This document shows, one piece after another, positions 1 to 9,583 of a stretch of DNA of 36,266 bases; position 1 is the first letter of the stretch, and every line of letters starts with the position of its first letter. Source of the stretch: Candidatus Bathyarchaeia archaeon (GTDB lineage: Archaea > Thermoproteota > Bathyarchaeia > 40CM-2-53-6). The translations under genes were made by a program, and so were the position numbers. The notes beneath the pieces were generated by a model. That model was not told where the DNA came from, did no database searches, and saw nothing but the letters and a program-made list of their open reading frames with translations. The stretch spans positions 1-36,266 of the forward strand of contig JBEKSC010000028.1 in the NCBI GenBank assembly GCA_049517415.1, in the 5' to 3' direction.

Positions 1-380
1 ACAAGCGGGATATTCAACTGGGACGCAACATGCAACGCAGCAGCCGTGTTGCCCCCTCCAAGCTCCGAAGCAACCGTTGCCGCGACCTTGCGCTTAAAAT
101 GGCGCTCTACCAATTCCAATGCCACGGCGAAGGGTTCGGATATGGTTACTTTCTTATTCGCCTTAACTCCCGGAGCTATGGATCCAATGTAATATGGGCT
201 TACAATCAGCGCATCATCTGAAATCTCATCAAGATCCACAACCCTAAGCTTGCGGCCAGCTTCCAAATCATTTTCGAGAGTCTTTCTCCCAGTTTCTGGA
301 CTACCTCCGCCGCCTGTCCCAAGGATGGTAGCTCCAACGACAAGATTGTCGATGGCATCCTTATTTTCGATTGAAAACAA
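1..380 (-). CDS. DUF917 family protein, N-terminal part (runs off the window edge)
   Basis: Not in the ORF track. Hand translation from TTG at 380 (GAGGTG upstream) gives MFSIENKDAIDNLVVGATILGTGGGGSPETG...VASELGGGNTAAALHVASQLNIPL. GxxxLGTGGGG and ExGGxN are DUF917 motifs; the frame is open to position 1. Confidence 0.8.
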   Translation of the reverse strand, partial: MFSIENKDAIDNLVVGATILGTGGGGSPETGRKTLENDLEAGRKLRVVDLDEISDDALIVSPYYIGSIAPGVKANKKVTISEPFAVALELVERHFKRKVAATVASELGGGNTAAALHVASQLNIPL

Positions 381-589
381 CTAACGGCACCTCAGCAAAG
401 GAAACCGTTCACTGGTACTTATCTTCAAACCTAAAGACCTAGCTGAGAATATCCAGGTTGAGAATCTCTTGCCGCATACGTACAATTGTCGGTCTCCAAA
501 GGGAGCCAAACTTGAAATTTGAACAGCTAACTGCGAGGTAAGAGATTTTTATGTAAAGCAAGCGCTTTAACGGTCGAAGGAAGGAGAAC

Positions 590-1360
590 ATGAGTTCAAA
601 AGCTGATGACTTCATTCAACATGCTGATGCAATTCTCGACATCGCGAAGAAGAGACAGGTTGTACTTCGTCTCTTGGGCGCTTTGGCCTTCAGGATTCGC
701 TGCCCCAGTTTCTCGCAGCTATACGGTGCTCTCGGCAGAGAAATCTCTGACATAGACTTTGCAGGTTATAGCTCTCAATCCAAGGATATTGTCACGGTCT
801 TCGCGGAAGCAGGATACATCCAAGATAATGAGGCGATGCATGAGGTTGCACTCTCAGGCAGAATGATCTTTCGGCCCAAGCCGCAGCCGACCCCGCACAT
901 CGACGTATTCCTAGATAAGTTGGAGATGTGTCATACGATAGACTTTCGTGGCAGGCTTGAACTTGATTATCCGACGCTGAACCTCGCTGATATGCTCCTT
1001 GAGAAAATGCAGATAGTTATGATCAACGAAAAGGATATTCAAGATACGATCGTGTTGCTGCGGGAACACGGGGTATCTGAAGTAAATGACAAGAACAATA
1101 TTGAGGTTGGCCATATCGCGAATCTTCTTGCCAACGACTGGGGATTCTACTACACCGTGGTAACTAACTTGGGGAAGGTCGCTGAAGGTCTGAAAAAGTA
1201 TGAAGCGTTGAGCAACTCAGATAGAGAAATCGTAGCTGAAAGGATTCAATCCATTTTGGGCGTCATCGAGGGAACGCCGAAGTCGACGAAATGGAAACTG
1301 CGAGCCAAAATCGGAACTAAGAAAAAATGGTATAATGACATAGAGGAAGTGAAACGCTGA
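590..1360 (+). CDS. Uncharacterised nucleotidyltransferase-fold protein
   Basis: 256 aa. LLGALA ... SDIDF (DxD) ... HIDVF fits a Pol-beta-like NTase acidic triad. GGAG RBS precedes the ATG, with a TATA-like TTTTATGTA about 35-45 nt upstream. Confidence 0.65.
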   Translation: MSSKADDFIQHADAILDIAKKRQVVLRLLGALAFRIRCPSFSQLYGALGREISDIDFAGYSSQSKDIVTVFAEAGYIQDNEAMHEVALSGRMIFRPKPQPTPHIDVFLDKLEMCHTIDFRGRLELDYPTLNLADMLLEKMQIVMINEKDIQDTIVLLREHGVSEVNDKNNIEVGHIANLLANDWGFYYTVVTNLGKVAEGLKKYEALSNSDREIVAERIQSILGVIEGTPKSTKWKLRAKIGTKKKWYNDIEEVKR

Positions 1361-1392
1361 GGGCCGTCCCGGGAACAGGATCGTAGAGCAGA

Positions 1393-2346
1393 TTAGCCAG
1401 ATGTGAACTGGAAATTCTTGATTTTGTTGTCCTCGAGCGTGATCAGTGCTCCCCTAAGAATTCCTTCAGCATATTCGCTTCCCGGATTCAAACATAGAGT
1501 CCGGCCAATCTTCACCGAACCTTTCGATTCGTGGATATGTCCATGCAGGCCTAGCAGTGGTTGATACTTCTCAATCGCAGCTCTTACGGCCGTGCTACCA
1601 ACCGGAATCATGACGACCTCGCCCCCTCCAGATACCACAGGCTTGAGGTCCTTGTCTAACTTGGGTGCTGTATCTATGTTCGAGTCGAAGGGTGGGCAAT
1701 GAAAATTGAAAATGCAATGCTGCATATCTGAAACCTTTGAAGTCATATCCTCAATTCGCTTTGCCAGTTCTTCTTCAGAAATGTCCCTGGGGCAATTCCA
1801 AGGTGTCATGTTCGTGTAGCCTGTGCTGATCATCTCGTGTTCCCCGTCCAGGTTGACGTTCTTGCCCTCAGGGTAAATCACGACGTCTGAGGACTGGAGA
1901 ACGTCATCGATTTCCATCCGGTCGTCGTTCCCGGCATTCAGAATGCACTTAATTGTTGAGCCTCTTAGTTTGTCTTCAGCCATCTTAACCCAATTCTTCA
2001 GCCTCTGTGTCATCAATTCTGAGAATAGTCTGTCGACGTTCTCCCGATCGGCGTTCAAACGTGAGAATTCTTCCGTAGTGGTTCTGAATGGGTAGTACCC
2101 GGCTTGGGAAATGCTCTTCTCAAGTTGGGTCGCTTCATCTTCTCGCTTGACTATTTCCTTTCGGCCAAGGAACTCGGCTTCGTAGCCGCCGTCAGGCGTT
2201 GAAATAAGAGGTACGATCATCTTTCCGGTGATGTCTCCTCCGCAAACGATCACGCTTGCCTTGTAGAACTTACCCGCATTGATGAATTTCAGAAAGCAGT
2301 GGTCAGAACCGTGGAGGTCGGTCGTGAAGAAAATCCTAGTCTGCAA
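1393..2346 (-). CDS. Calcineurin-like (Icc-related) metallophosphoesterase
   Basis: Motifs TDLHG, GGDITG, GNDD, FHCPP, HGHIHE and NPGS. Confidence 0.85.
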   Translation of the reverse strand: MQTRIFFTTDLHGSDHCFLKFINAGKFYKASVIVCGGDITGKMIVPLISTPDGGYEAEFLGRKEIVKREDEATQLEKSISQAGYYPFRTTTEEFSRLNADRENVDRLFSELMTQRLKNWVKMAEDKLRGSTIKCILNAGNDDRMEIDDVLQSSDVVIYPEGKNVNLDGEHEMISTGYTNMTPWNCPRDISEEELAKRIEDMTSKVSDMQHCIFNFHCPPFDSNIDTAPKLDKDLKPVVSGGGEVVMIPVGSTAVRAAIEKYQPLLGLHGHIHESKGSVKIGRTLCLNPGSEYAEGILRGALITLEDNKIKNFQFTSG

Positions 2347-2441
2347 CAGTCCAGAGCTCCGCCGTCACTTCCCAGAAGAGTCATGATGCTAGGTTATAGC
2401 AATGATGCTTTATGCGGCACGTTGTGGCAGTGGGGTTCGAG

Positions 2442-3347
2442 TTAATTCGCGTTTCCAATGATTCCCATAACCTCTTTGATTAGCATCGCTGAAGCGAAGG
2501 CAGTCGTTCGCGCATTCGAGTCGCAAACTGGTGAATATTCAACGATATCAGCCGCAACTATATCAAGTCCTTTGATGGCGTGCAATATCTCAAACACCTG
2601 CCTCGTGGTCAAACCGCCTGGTTGAGGGTTTCCAACTCCAGGCGCATAAGCGGGGTCGAGGCAGTCAAGGTCGATCGATAGGTATACAGGTCCACCTTGC
2701 AGCCTATCCTTTACCGAAGAACCGACTGCATCGCAACCTTTTGTGTAAACGTCGTGCGCCGTGTATTGACTGAGGTTAAGGGACTCGATGCGTTCATCTT
2801 GTTCCTTCGTCGAGGCTCTTATGCCAACGTAGCAAACCACTCCCGAGCTAGAACTTCCTTTTCCGTCCAGTATCCTCGAGACAACGGTGGCGTGAGAATA
2901 TGGGCTATTGTCATAACTTGCATACAGGTCTGGATGTGCATCGAAGTAAAGCAGTGATAGTCGCTTCCTGCGAATTTCTGATACGACCTTAAAGGCTGGA
3001 TATGTGACAAAATGATCTCCCCCAAGGAAAAGGACTGGGCACCTGTCATGGTCGTGAAGAGTTGTTGTCGAGTAGAGAGCTTTGTAGAGGCTAGAGGGTG
3101 TCGTGACTTTCTTTACATTGCCGTGGTCGCAGACCTTCCAAAGATTGGTCAAGTCATCTCCTCGTTCTGTGAAGTGATTATAGAGGAGGCTACTCGTTGC
3201 TCGTCTGATGGCGTCTGGGCCAGCGGCGGCACCGCGCATGTACGAAGAAGTGGCGTCCCAGGGTATCCCTACCACCACGAAATCCTTGCCATGAGAACGA
3301 GTTAGGCCAAAAAAGCTCTCGCTCTGTTTGACTCTAATTTTTCGCAA
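2442..3347 (-). CDS. speB: Agmatinase (ureohydrolase/arginase family)
   Basis: GIPWDATSSY, GPDAIR, GGDH, DAHPD, SHA, DLDCLDPAYAPG and DIVE motifs. The exact substrate cannot be proven from sequence. Confidence 0.8.
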   Translation of the reverse strand: MRKIRVKQSESFFGLTRSHGKDFVVVGIPWDATSSYMRGAAAGPDAIRRATSSLLYNHFTERGDDLTNLWKVCDHGNVKKVTTPSSLYKALYSTTTLHDHDRCPVLFLGGDHFVTYPAFKVVSEIRRKRLSLLYFDAHPDLYASYDNSPYSHATVVSRILDGKGSSSSGVVCYVGIRASTKEQDERIESLNLSQYTAHDVYTKGCDAVGSSVKDRLQGGPVYLSIDLDCLDPAYAPGVGNPQPGGLTTRQVFEILHAIKGLDIVAADIVEYSPVCDSNARTTAFASAMLIKEVMGIIGNAN

Positions 3348-3449
3348 GCTTTCTCATGATGAGAAGCCTGTTTTCCCTAAAAGTTGTTTTGTGGCTTTAG
3401 ATATCTCGTTCGTCCGATCGGTTCTAATCGTATAATCCTTCTCTCCAAC

Positions 3450-4382
3450 TCAAATTCCGAGTATATGGGTTGCATTTGTCCCTAGGATTCCTTCCTTCTC
3501 TTCCTCGGAAAGGATTGGAAGCGCTTTCACTAGCTCTATAGTTCGGTCTAGGTCGTACCAGGGGAAATCGGTGCCCATCATTACTCGCTGTGGGCCGACG
3601 TCCTTAATGAGTTGGGCTAACTCGCGAAAGGTTGGAGCCGATGGCGCTCCAACCCATTCTATGACCTCAGAACAATCGAAGTATGCGTTCTGGTATTTGC
3701 GGGCAACTTCCAATGTCTGTTGCCACGCGGCTCCCCCGAGATGCGCCAGGACTAATGTAAGTTTGGGGAACTCACGCAATACCTCAACGAAAGCTCGTGG
3801 TTCAGCATATTGCTTCGAGCCACGCGCTGCGCCACTGTGGCTAAGAATTGGGATTCCCAACTCAACGCACGTCCTATAGGTCGGCCACATCCTCTTGTCG
3901 CTTGGGAAGAATTGCTGGATCACCGGGTGGAGCTTTACACCTCTCGCACCGTGATTCGCTACCATTTCACGCAAACGTGCTTCCGATTCGTCCGGGCTAA
4001 GCGCGTAAGGGTCGATTATGATGAAGGGTACCAGTTCAGCATGCTTTCGTGCGAGTTCACAGATTGAAACATTTGAATCATTCAACATTTGAGCGATCTT
4101 CACCTCGGTGTCTATTGCCTGATTGGTCGACCGGCCGGAAGGTTCGGTATTCCCCCGGAGGTTAGCGATGGTTACGAGGAGATGGCTCATCGCTACTGCT
4201 TTTGATGTGCCAGATTCTCGGATGGCTTGCAAAGCGTCGTCCAAATCACCATCGTACTTGCTTAGGCGAACCTCCGGTTTATGGCCGTACTCCCAAACGT
4301 CGTAAGTCTGTTTTTCTTCGCGGCCGAGTGACTTTGTTGGATAGATGTGCATATGACAGTCGATGACGACATTCGCTGTCAT
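3450..4382 (-). CDS. Amidohydrolase_2 family metal-dependent hydrolase
   Basis: IDCHMH, GVKLHP, HSG, LAHLGG, GTDFP and ILGTNA motifs. Confidence 0.85.
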   Translation of the reverse strand: MTANVVIDCHMHIYPTKSLGREEKQTYDVWEYGHKPEVRLSKYDGDLDDALQAIRESGTSKAVAMSHLLVTIANLRGNTEPSGRSTNQAIDTEVKIAQMLNDSNVSICELARKHAELVPFIIIDPYALSPDESEARLREMVANHGARGVKLHPVIQQFFPSDKRMWPTYRTCVELGIPILSHSGAARGSKQYAEPRAFVEVLREFPKLTLVLAHLGGAAWQQTLEVARKYQNAYFDCSEVIEWVGAPSAPTFRELAQLIKDVGPQRVMMGTDFPWYDLDRTIELVKALPILSEEEKEGILGTNATHILGI

Positions 4383-4447
4383 ATCGTTTCTAACCTAGCA
4401 TCAACTCTAGCTACAGGAACGCTTGAAGAAATGAAAAGAGATGGGTT

Positions 4448-6043
4448 CTATTCGACGGGAACCTCTTTGAAGAGCAGGTCAACATCGATGCCCTGTCTCT
4501 TCCTTACGGCGCGGATCGCATAGAACAGAACAAAACCCATCACGAATATGCCGAAGACCGTCATCATGGAGGTGAGTGAGTTCGCGCCAGCTCTGGCGTC
4601 GGTCAGAATTATGTAAAGTATCACTAAGTTAGATACAACGTTCACCCCACCGGCTATGCTTATCACAGGAATACCAGCGAGTTCCCAATTGATACCTGAC
4701 CGCTTATACAGGTCCTTGCGCACGAACGGAAATACGACCGCTGATACGGAAGCAACGATAATCGCGATTCCGAATCCAATCGTACCGGAAAGGATGCCCA
4801 GATACGTCGTGTACGACAAGCCTGCCAGGAATATTAACGACCCTATTCCGCCTACGATGATAGTCGTCACTGGTGTTCTGAACCTCGGATTGACATAAGC
4901 GAAGGCACGTGGGGCCATGTTATCAATTCCCCAGGCAAATGCAACCCGAGTTGTGTATAGGAACGATGTTCCCAAGACGAGAATGAACCACATCAGCCAA
5001 CCGAAGAGTATGAAGGCGCTTACGCCCACGTTATCGGTCAGAAGAGCTCCCAGAAGGTTGTACCAAGGTGTTACAGGGATTGTTAGCGCCGTTGGGTTGT
5101 TTAGCATAAGGTAAGCTGTGGCTCCAAGAAAATTGTATCCAAAGACCCTTCCCCCCAACGAGGCGAGTAGGAGGAAGATTATTCCACAAATAACAGCTGA
5201 CCCTAGCATCCCGAACAGCTGACTCTTCTTTACGCCCTTTACTTCTCCTGAGAATGACGCCGAAAGAAAGCAATACCCTATCGCAAACCATGGCCAGACG
5301 AAGAAGAACACCGTCTGCAAGGACGAATACGGCGCGTTCACAGCGTATCCTCCTTGGGACGCGCTAGTTATGATGGAGTGGTATGTGTCTGTGGAGTTGG
5401 AGTATGGCTGCGCGAGGGCATTAAAGCGCGCTATGAAAGTCGATTGGCTAGTCGTAGCCATGAGTACTATTACAACAAGTGTGCTTAAGATTGCAATCGC
5501 GAAGACTACCTTCTGGTATAGGAAGTAACTCTTGTTACCAGATATCAGTAGCAGCGTCATTAGAACAACGGCGACGCCTCCTACTGCGAAAAGTCCGTTG
5601 GGCGTTCCTGCCCACGCTCCCATCGAAATCAGATTTTGACTGTTTGTTAGCAAACCCATTCCGCCGAGGAAAGGACTCACACCCCAAATGCCCACTGTCC
5701 AAGCGTTAAGTCCCGTAGAGAAAATGAACCAGACCCACCAGGTCCAACTCATAGAGAAACCAAGAGATGGATTGAGTATTCTAGATACGTAGACATAGTC
5801 AGCGCCAGATCGCGGATAGGCGGCGGCTAACAGAGCATAGGTCAAACCCTGGAAGAGGCCAAGAATTATTGAAATCCCAACTGCTACTTCCAGGCTCGCG
5901 CCGGGATAATTAGCCCAGAAAAGAAACATGAACAACGCATAGCCGATGCTTATCAGGCCAATATTGTAAAACAAGACGTCGAAAGCTGAAACCTCTCTTA
6001 CGAGGCCAGATGCTCGCCTAACAAACGTCTTTGAATCTGCCAT
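4448..6043 (-). CDS. APC family amino acid/polyamine permease
   Basis: 531 aa, about 12 hydrophobic segments. FVRRASGLVRE N-terminus, YPRSGADYVYVSR, GEVK, R-FAW-D and a VPVE C-terminus. Confidence 0.9.
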   Translation of the reverse strand: MADSKTFVRRASGLVREVSAFDVLFYNIGLISIGYALFMFLFWANYPGASLEVAVGISIILGLFQGLTYALLAAAYPRSGADYVYVSRILNPSLGFSMSWTWWVWFIFSTGLNAWTVGIWGVSPFLGGMGLLTNSQNLISMGAWAGTPNGLFAVGGVAVVLMTLLLISGNKSYFLYQKVVFAIAILSTLVVIVLMATTSQSTFIARFNALAQPYSNSTDTYHSIITSASQGGYAVNAPYSSLQTVFFFVWPWFAIGYCFLSASFSGEVKGVKKSQLFGMLGSAVICGIIFLLLASLGGRVFGYNFLGATAYLMLNNPTALTIPVTPWYNLLGALLTDNVGVSAFILFGWLMWFILVLGTSFLYTTRVAFAWGIDNMAPRAFAYVNPRFRTPVTTIIVGGIGSLIFLAGLSYTTYLGILSGTIGFGIAIIVASVSAVVFPFVRKDLYKRSGINWELAGIPVISIAGGVNVVSNLVILYIILTDARAGANSLTSMMTVFGIFVMGFVLFYAIRAVRKRQGIDVDLLFKEVPVE

Positions 6044-6166
6044 GTGACTACGGAAAACACTTGGATATTTATCACTTTCCTATCCGCTACTTTGGTATGA
6101 ACTCCGTCTGAACTAGGTAGGTTCACATCCTAGCGGACCCGCTACGTTTGCGTCAACCTTTGCGAA

Positions 6167-6360
6167 CTACGACTCCTGTCCTAAGGCACAAGCGGCTTTC
6201 ATATCTTGGAGCTTCAGCGAGGCATAGGTGAACTCATTCACCGGAGTGGACACGGAGAGCTGCCGACCCAGTTTACATACCAACCCGCTTAACGCTTCAA
6301 CTTCAAGTCGTTTGCCCCCTTCCAAATCACGTAGTATCGATAATTTCGTGGTTTTGTCTA
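6167..6360 (-). pseudogene. C-terminal remnant of 2-dehydropantoate 2-reductase (PanE/ApbA family)
   Basis: KLSILRDLEGGKRLEVEALSGLVCKLGRQLSVSTPVNEFTYASLK matches the ApbA_C pattern SMxxDxxxGRxxExxxxxGxVxxxG...TPxN. No N-terminal Rossmann domain upstream; the 5' boundary is approximate. Confidence 0.7.
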
Positions 6361-6603
6361 CACGTTCAGTTTGTAATCCGTTGCACGGCAAGAACACGTG
6401 ATCATCATCGTACAGATTGAGAGTTGTAGCTTTTGGTGTATGTCAAGTTCCAATCTTGGAACTGAGTTAGATTTGATCAACGTTTGCGTTGCATCAATTT
6501 TGTCAATTAGAAATCTCCAATCCAACTAGTCGCGCATCCCACCATGCGTCTAAACACTTTATGAAAATTCTCACATCCGCACCTAACTTAGGACGGCGAG
6601 TTT

Positions 6604-8235
6604 TTGGTCGCAATAGGCAGACGAGCGATAGTTGCCCTAGTATTCCTAGCACTGGCCGCCAACTTCACTTTAGTCCAACTCACACACTCCATCAGTCCCT
6701 CGCCGCCCATCACTAGTCTAGCTCCTTCCAATGCGCGATACCTTGAGCAGGTCGGAACCTTCAGCTATAACTCCCATATCACACCCGTTCTCGGTATCAT
6801 CCGCGTGCTAGTTATCGCTGTGGCTTTTCCAGACGTTAAGCCGACCTTGAGTATTGATGCGATAAAGCAGGAGTGGTTCGGAACGGTCCCCGCGTACTAT
6901 CATGAAATATCTTATGGGAAGTTGACGATTCAAGGGAGCGTTTACGGGTGGTACGTGCTCCCACACCCTGAATCGTATTACGGTAAGGATTGTCACGCGA
7001 TCAACGACGCTGATTGCAGCGGGACTAATCAATCGTGGAAAATTGCAAACGACATAGTACCTCTAGCCATGAAGGACGTTAACTTCAACAACTACGACTA
7101 CTTCGTCTTCATCCACTCCGGTGCCGGCCAGGAAACTAGCCTCATGCGAAACGACGTATGGTCAGTAACCTACCTAGATGCATCCGTGAAAGCGAATTCG
7201 AGGACACTCACAAGGTTCAGTATTGTCCCGGAACTAGAGGCGCCGCCAAATGCTCCGAACGGTGTATGGTGCGTCGAGTTCGCGCACGACCTCGGAGTGC
7301 CAGACCTTTACAATACTACGAAGGGGCCGGACCACGGCAAGCCGATTCTCGGTCCGTGGGAACTCATGGATAAAGGGTCTTGGAACGGCGACCCGCCGGG
7401 TTCCCTTCCTGCTCATATGACAGCTTGGCCGAAAATTCAACTTGGGTTCATTAGCGGCCCAATGCTAGAGACAGCTTCGCCCGGGCTCTCCACCATCATG
7501 GTGGACCCAACTGAGGTCCCTTCGAACAATGTCCACGCCATTAGAGTACCCATTGGCGGTTCGCAAAATTCAAGTCAATATTATCTGGTTGAAGTGAGAA
7601 AACAAATCGGTTTCGATTCCGCACTTCCAGGCGCTGGCGTTCTAATCACGTTTGTGAACGAAAGCTTCTCGGTCGGGGAAGTCCAATTAATTAATAGCGA
7701 TCCCGGGGTTCCCGATTTGGAGGACGCGGCTTGGCACTTGGGCCAGGCGTTCACTGACGGCCGCCACAACCTCACCATCACGGTATCAGGCCAAACGGGA
7801 AACTCCTACGAAATCACGGTAAACAGAGGCACCAGCCCTACTGCTGTACAACTGGCTGCAAACAATTCTACAGCTCAGGTCGTGATAGCGGGAGTTCGTT
7901 TGACTGTTGAACTCGCCACGACCCTCCCCGCTCAGGAGCGTGGCCTCTCCGGATTGCCATCGCTACCCAGTGACGAAGGGATGTTGTTCGTCTTCGACCA
8001 TGATGACTACTGGGGATTTTGGATGTTCAACATGAATTTTCCCTTGGACATAATCTGGTTCAATTCAGCTAGACAAGTGGTCTGGACTGAACCTGAGCTA
8101 AAACCATGCCCAAGCTATGATTGCCCGGTTATCATGCCAGATGTAAAGTCAATGTACGTTTTAGAAGTGAACACTGGCTTCATCGCGGCCCATGATATTA
8201 CCTTGGGAACTACCTTCTGCTTCTCGACCGCGTAA
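6604..8235 (+). CDS. Secreted M6-family (immune inhibitor A-like) metalloprotease domain fused to a C-terminal DUF192 domain
   Basis: Signal peptide; YYHEISYGK, IHSGAGQE, EFAHDLGVPDLY, WELMDKGSWNG, YYLVEVRKQIGFD. The C-terminus (VELATT..QERGL..GMLFVF..FWMFNMNFPLDIIW..YVLEVNTG) is DUF192-like. Confidence 0.85.
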   Translation: MVAIGRRAIVALVFLALAANFTLVQLTHSISPSPPITSLAPSNARYLEQVGTFSYNSHITPVLGIIRVLVIAVAFPDVKPTLSIDAIKQEWFGTVPAYYHEISYGKLTIQGSVYGWYVLPHPESYYGKDCHAINDADCSGTNQSWKIANDIVPLAMKDVNFNNYDYFVFIHSGAGQETSLMRNDVWSVTYLDASVKANSRTLTRFSIVPELEAPPNAPNGVWCVEFAHDLGVPDLYNTTKGPDHGKPILGPWELMDKGSWNGDPPGSLPAHMTAWPKIQLGFISGPMLETASPGLSTIMVDPTEVPSNNVHAIRVPIGGSQNSSQYYLVEVRKQIGFDSALPGAGVLITFVNESFSVGEVQLINSDPGVPDLEDAAWHLGQAFTDGRHNLTITVSGQTGNSYEITVNRGTSPTAVQLAANNSTAQVVIAGVRLTVELATTLPAQERGLSGLPSLPSDEGMLFVFDHDDYWGFWMFNMNFPLDIIWFNSARQVVWTEPELKPCPSYDCPVIMPDVKSMYVLEVNTGFIAAHDITLGTTFCFSTA

Positions 8236-8365
8236 CGGAGGTCTGTTCAAGCCTTGTCGCGTCGAGTTGAGTGGGCGACCAACTTGCAGTGGCACTAACA
8301 TTTTCCTTTTGGGTTTCGTCTCCTCGATTCGTGCCTAGAAAGATTGAAGAGCCATCCCTTGATGG

Positions 8366-9337
8366 CTAATTTGGCAGTTTCTTGGTGCGCACTAGCTTAT
8401 GCTTATGATTGTGAGCTTGGAGGAAAATTAAGGCCAGAGCCACCGAGACCATAGTTATTATCCAGTCAGCTTGAAATTCGGGAGTTTGTACTGAAGAGAT
8501 AACTGGGCAGTATCCAAGACCTTCGGGGATAATGTTCGTAAGTTGAAAGAATATTTGACCGGGCATGTAGCCGTTTGATTTGGGAGTTACGTCAACCACT
8601 TTCACAGCTATGTTAGGCATGTATTCGAAATTCACTGGGGCATACTCATTGGCACTGATAACATACATCACGGTATCACTTGTCACCGTTAGACCTGAGT
8701 CTGTCCAAATCGGGTTAAGCACACTTGGGTAATCCGGACTGTACTGGTAGTACTGGAACTGCAACATGTCACCATAGAGCCCCCTTTCAACCAGAGGCCC
8801 CGTAAAGGTCACCTGCACATCCGTGCAAAGCCAATACGAAGGGTTGAAACTGATCGAATAACTGGCACTGCTGCCAAGCGTGAAGGTTTTCGTAACCGTA
8901 GGGTCGTCATTCTGAGTTACGTCAGGGGCCGCTGGATTAATCGTCGTGGCTGATGCAAAGGAAGATGTCGATGTCTGAGTCGAGCCTGGTGTCGCCGTCA
9001 GATTTGAAATTGAGTCAATTGTCATTGAAATTGTAGTTGTCATTTGAGTAGAGTTTGTCGTCGTTGGCGTGGTGGATGATGTCGAAGAGGGACTTGCAGT
9101 TGTCGTTATAGACATACTACTCTGACCTGAGCTTGTTGAGGTCGAATTTAGGAGACTGGTTGTTGAAGTAGAGGTCGAATTCATGTTCTGGTCAACCCGC
9201 GCAAAGTTATACGCTTGTAAAACGTTTAGCGAGCTAAGATCGGGAGCTGCCGCTGTCTGATTGATTGCTAAATTGCTAAGTAACGAGAGCACAATAAGAA
9301 TTAGAGCGATTGAAAGGAGATGGTTCGAGCTTAGCAA
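8366..9337 (-). CDS. Secreted Ser/Thr-rich surface protein with PEF-CTERM-like sorting signal
   Basis: N-terminal signal peptide, long S/T low-complexity linker, then C-terminal TPEF, a hydrophobic helix and a basic tail. Confidence 0.7.
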   Translation of the reverse strand: MLSSNHLLSIALILIVLSLLSNLAINQTAAAPDLSSLNVLQAYNFARVDQNMNSTSTSTTSLLNSTSTSSGQSSMSITTTASPSSTSSTTPTTTNSTQMTTTISMTIDSISNLTATPGSTQTSTSSFASATTINPAAPDVTQNDDPTVTKTFTLGSSASYSISFNPSYWLCTDVQVTFTGPLVERGLYGDMLQFQYYQYSPDYPSVLNPIWTDSGLTVTSDTVMYVISANEYAPVNFEYMPNIAVKVVDVTPKSNGYMPGQIFFQLTNIIPEGLGYCPVISSVQTPEFQADWIITMVSVALALIFLQAHNHKHKLVRTKKLPN

Positions 9338-9371
9338 CTCAGCTCACGAGGCTTGAATCCAATTAGACCCG

Positions 9372-9386
9372 GCTACGCGGCGCAGT
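9372..9386. promoter_or_regulatory. Degenerate copy of the ACTACGCGGCGTAGT palindrome in the promoter of 8366..9337
   Basis: GCTACGCGGCGCAGT (13/15 match). On the minus strand it abuts a TATA-like TTAAATA on the downstream side. Confidence 0.5.
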
Positions 9387-9583
9387 TATTTAACCGGAGT
9401 GGATGAATCATGCACCAAGTCCGTGAGCCCGCTGGTCCATGCGACTGAGCACGTGACTTGGCTGGATCCTAGCTTGCTAGAGTGCTGGGGTTCGGTGCCC
9501 GGATTAGTGTTTGCAGCCACTTGAGCGAGGAAAATCCATAAGGCATACCGTCAGATAAGCTATCAAATGCGTATCTCGAACCG

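Noticed and set aside
30..221. 63-aa plus-strand ORF from the track
   Set aside because: It is antisense to the DUF917 reading frame, which has clear family motifs.
8940..9180. Repeat array or CRISPR-like pattern in low-complexity DNA
   Set aside because: It encodes a Ser/Thr linker; there are no fixed-length repeats with spacers and no cas genes in the window.
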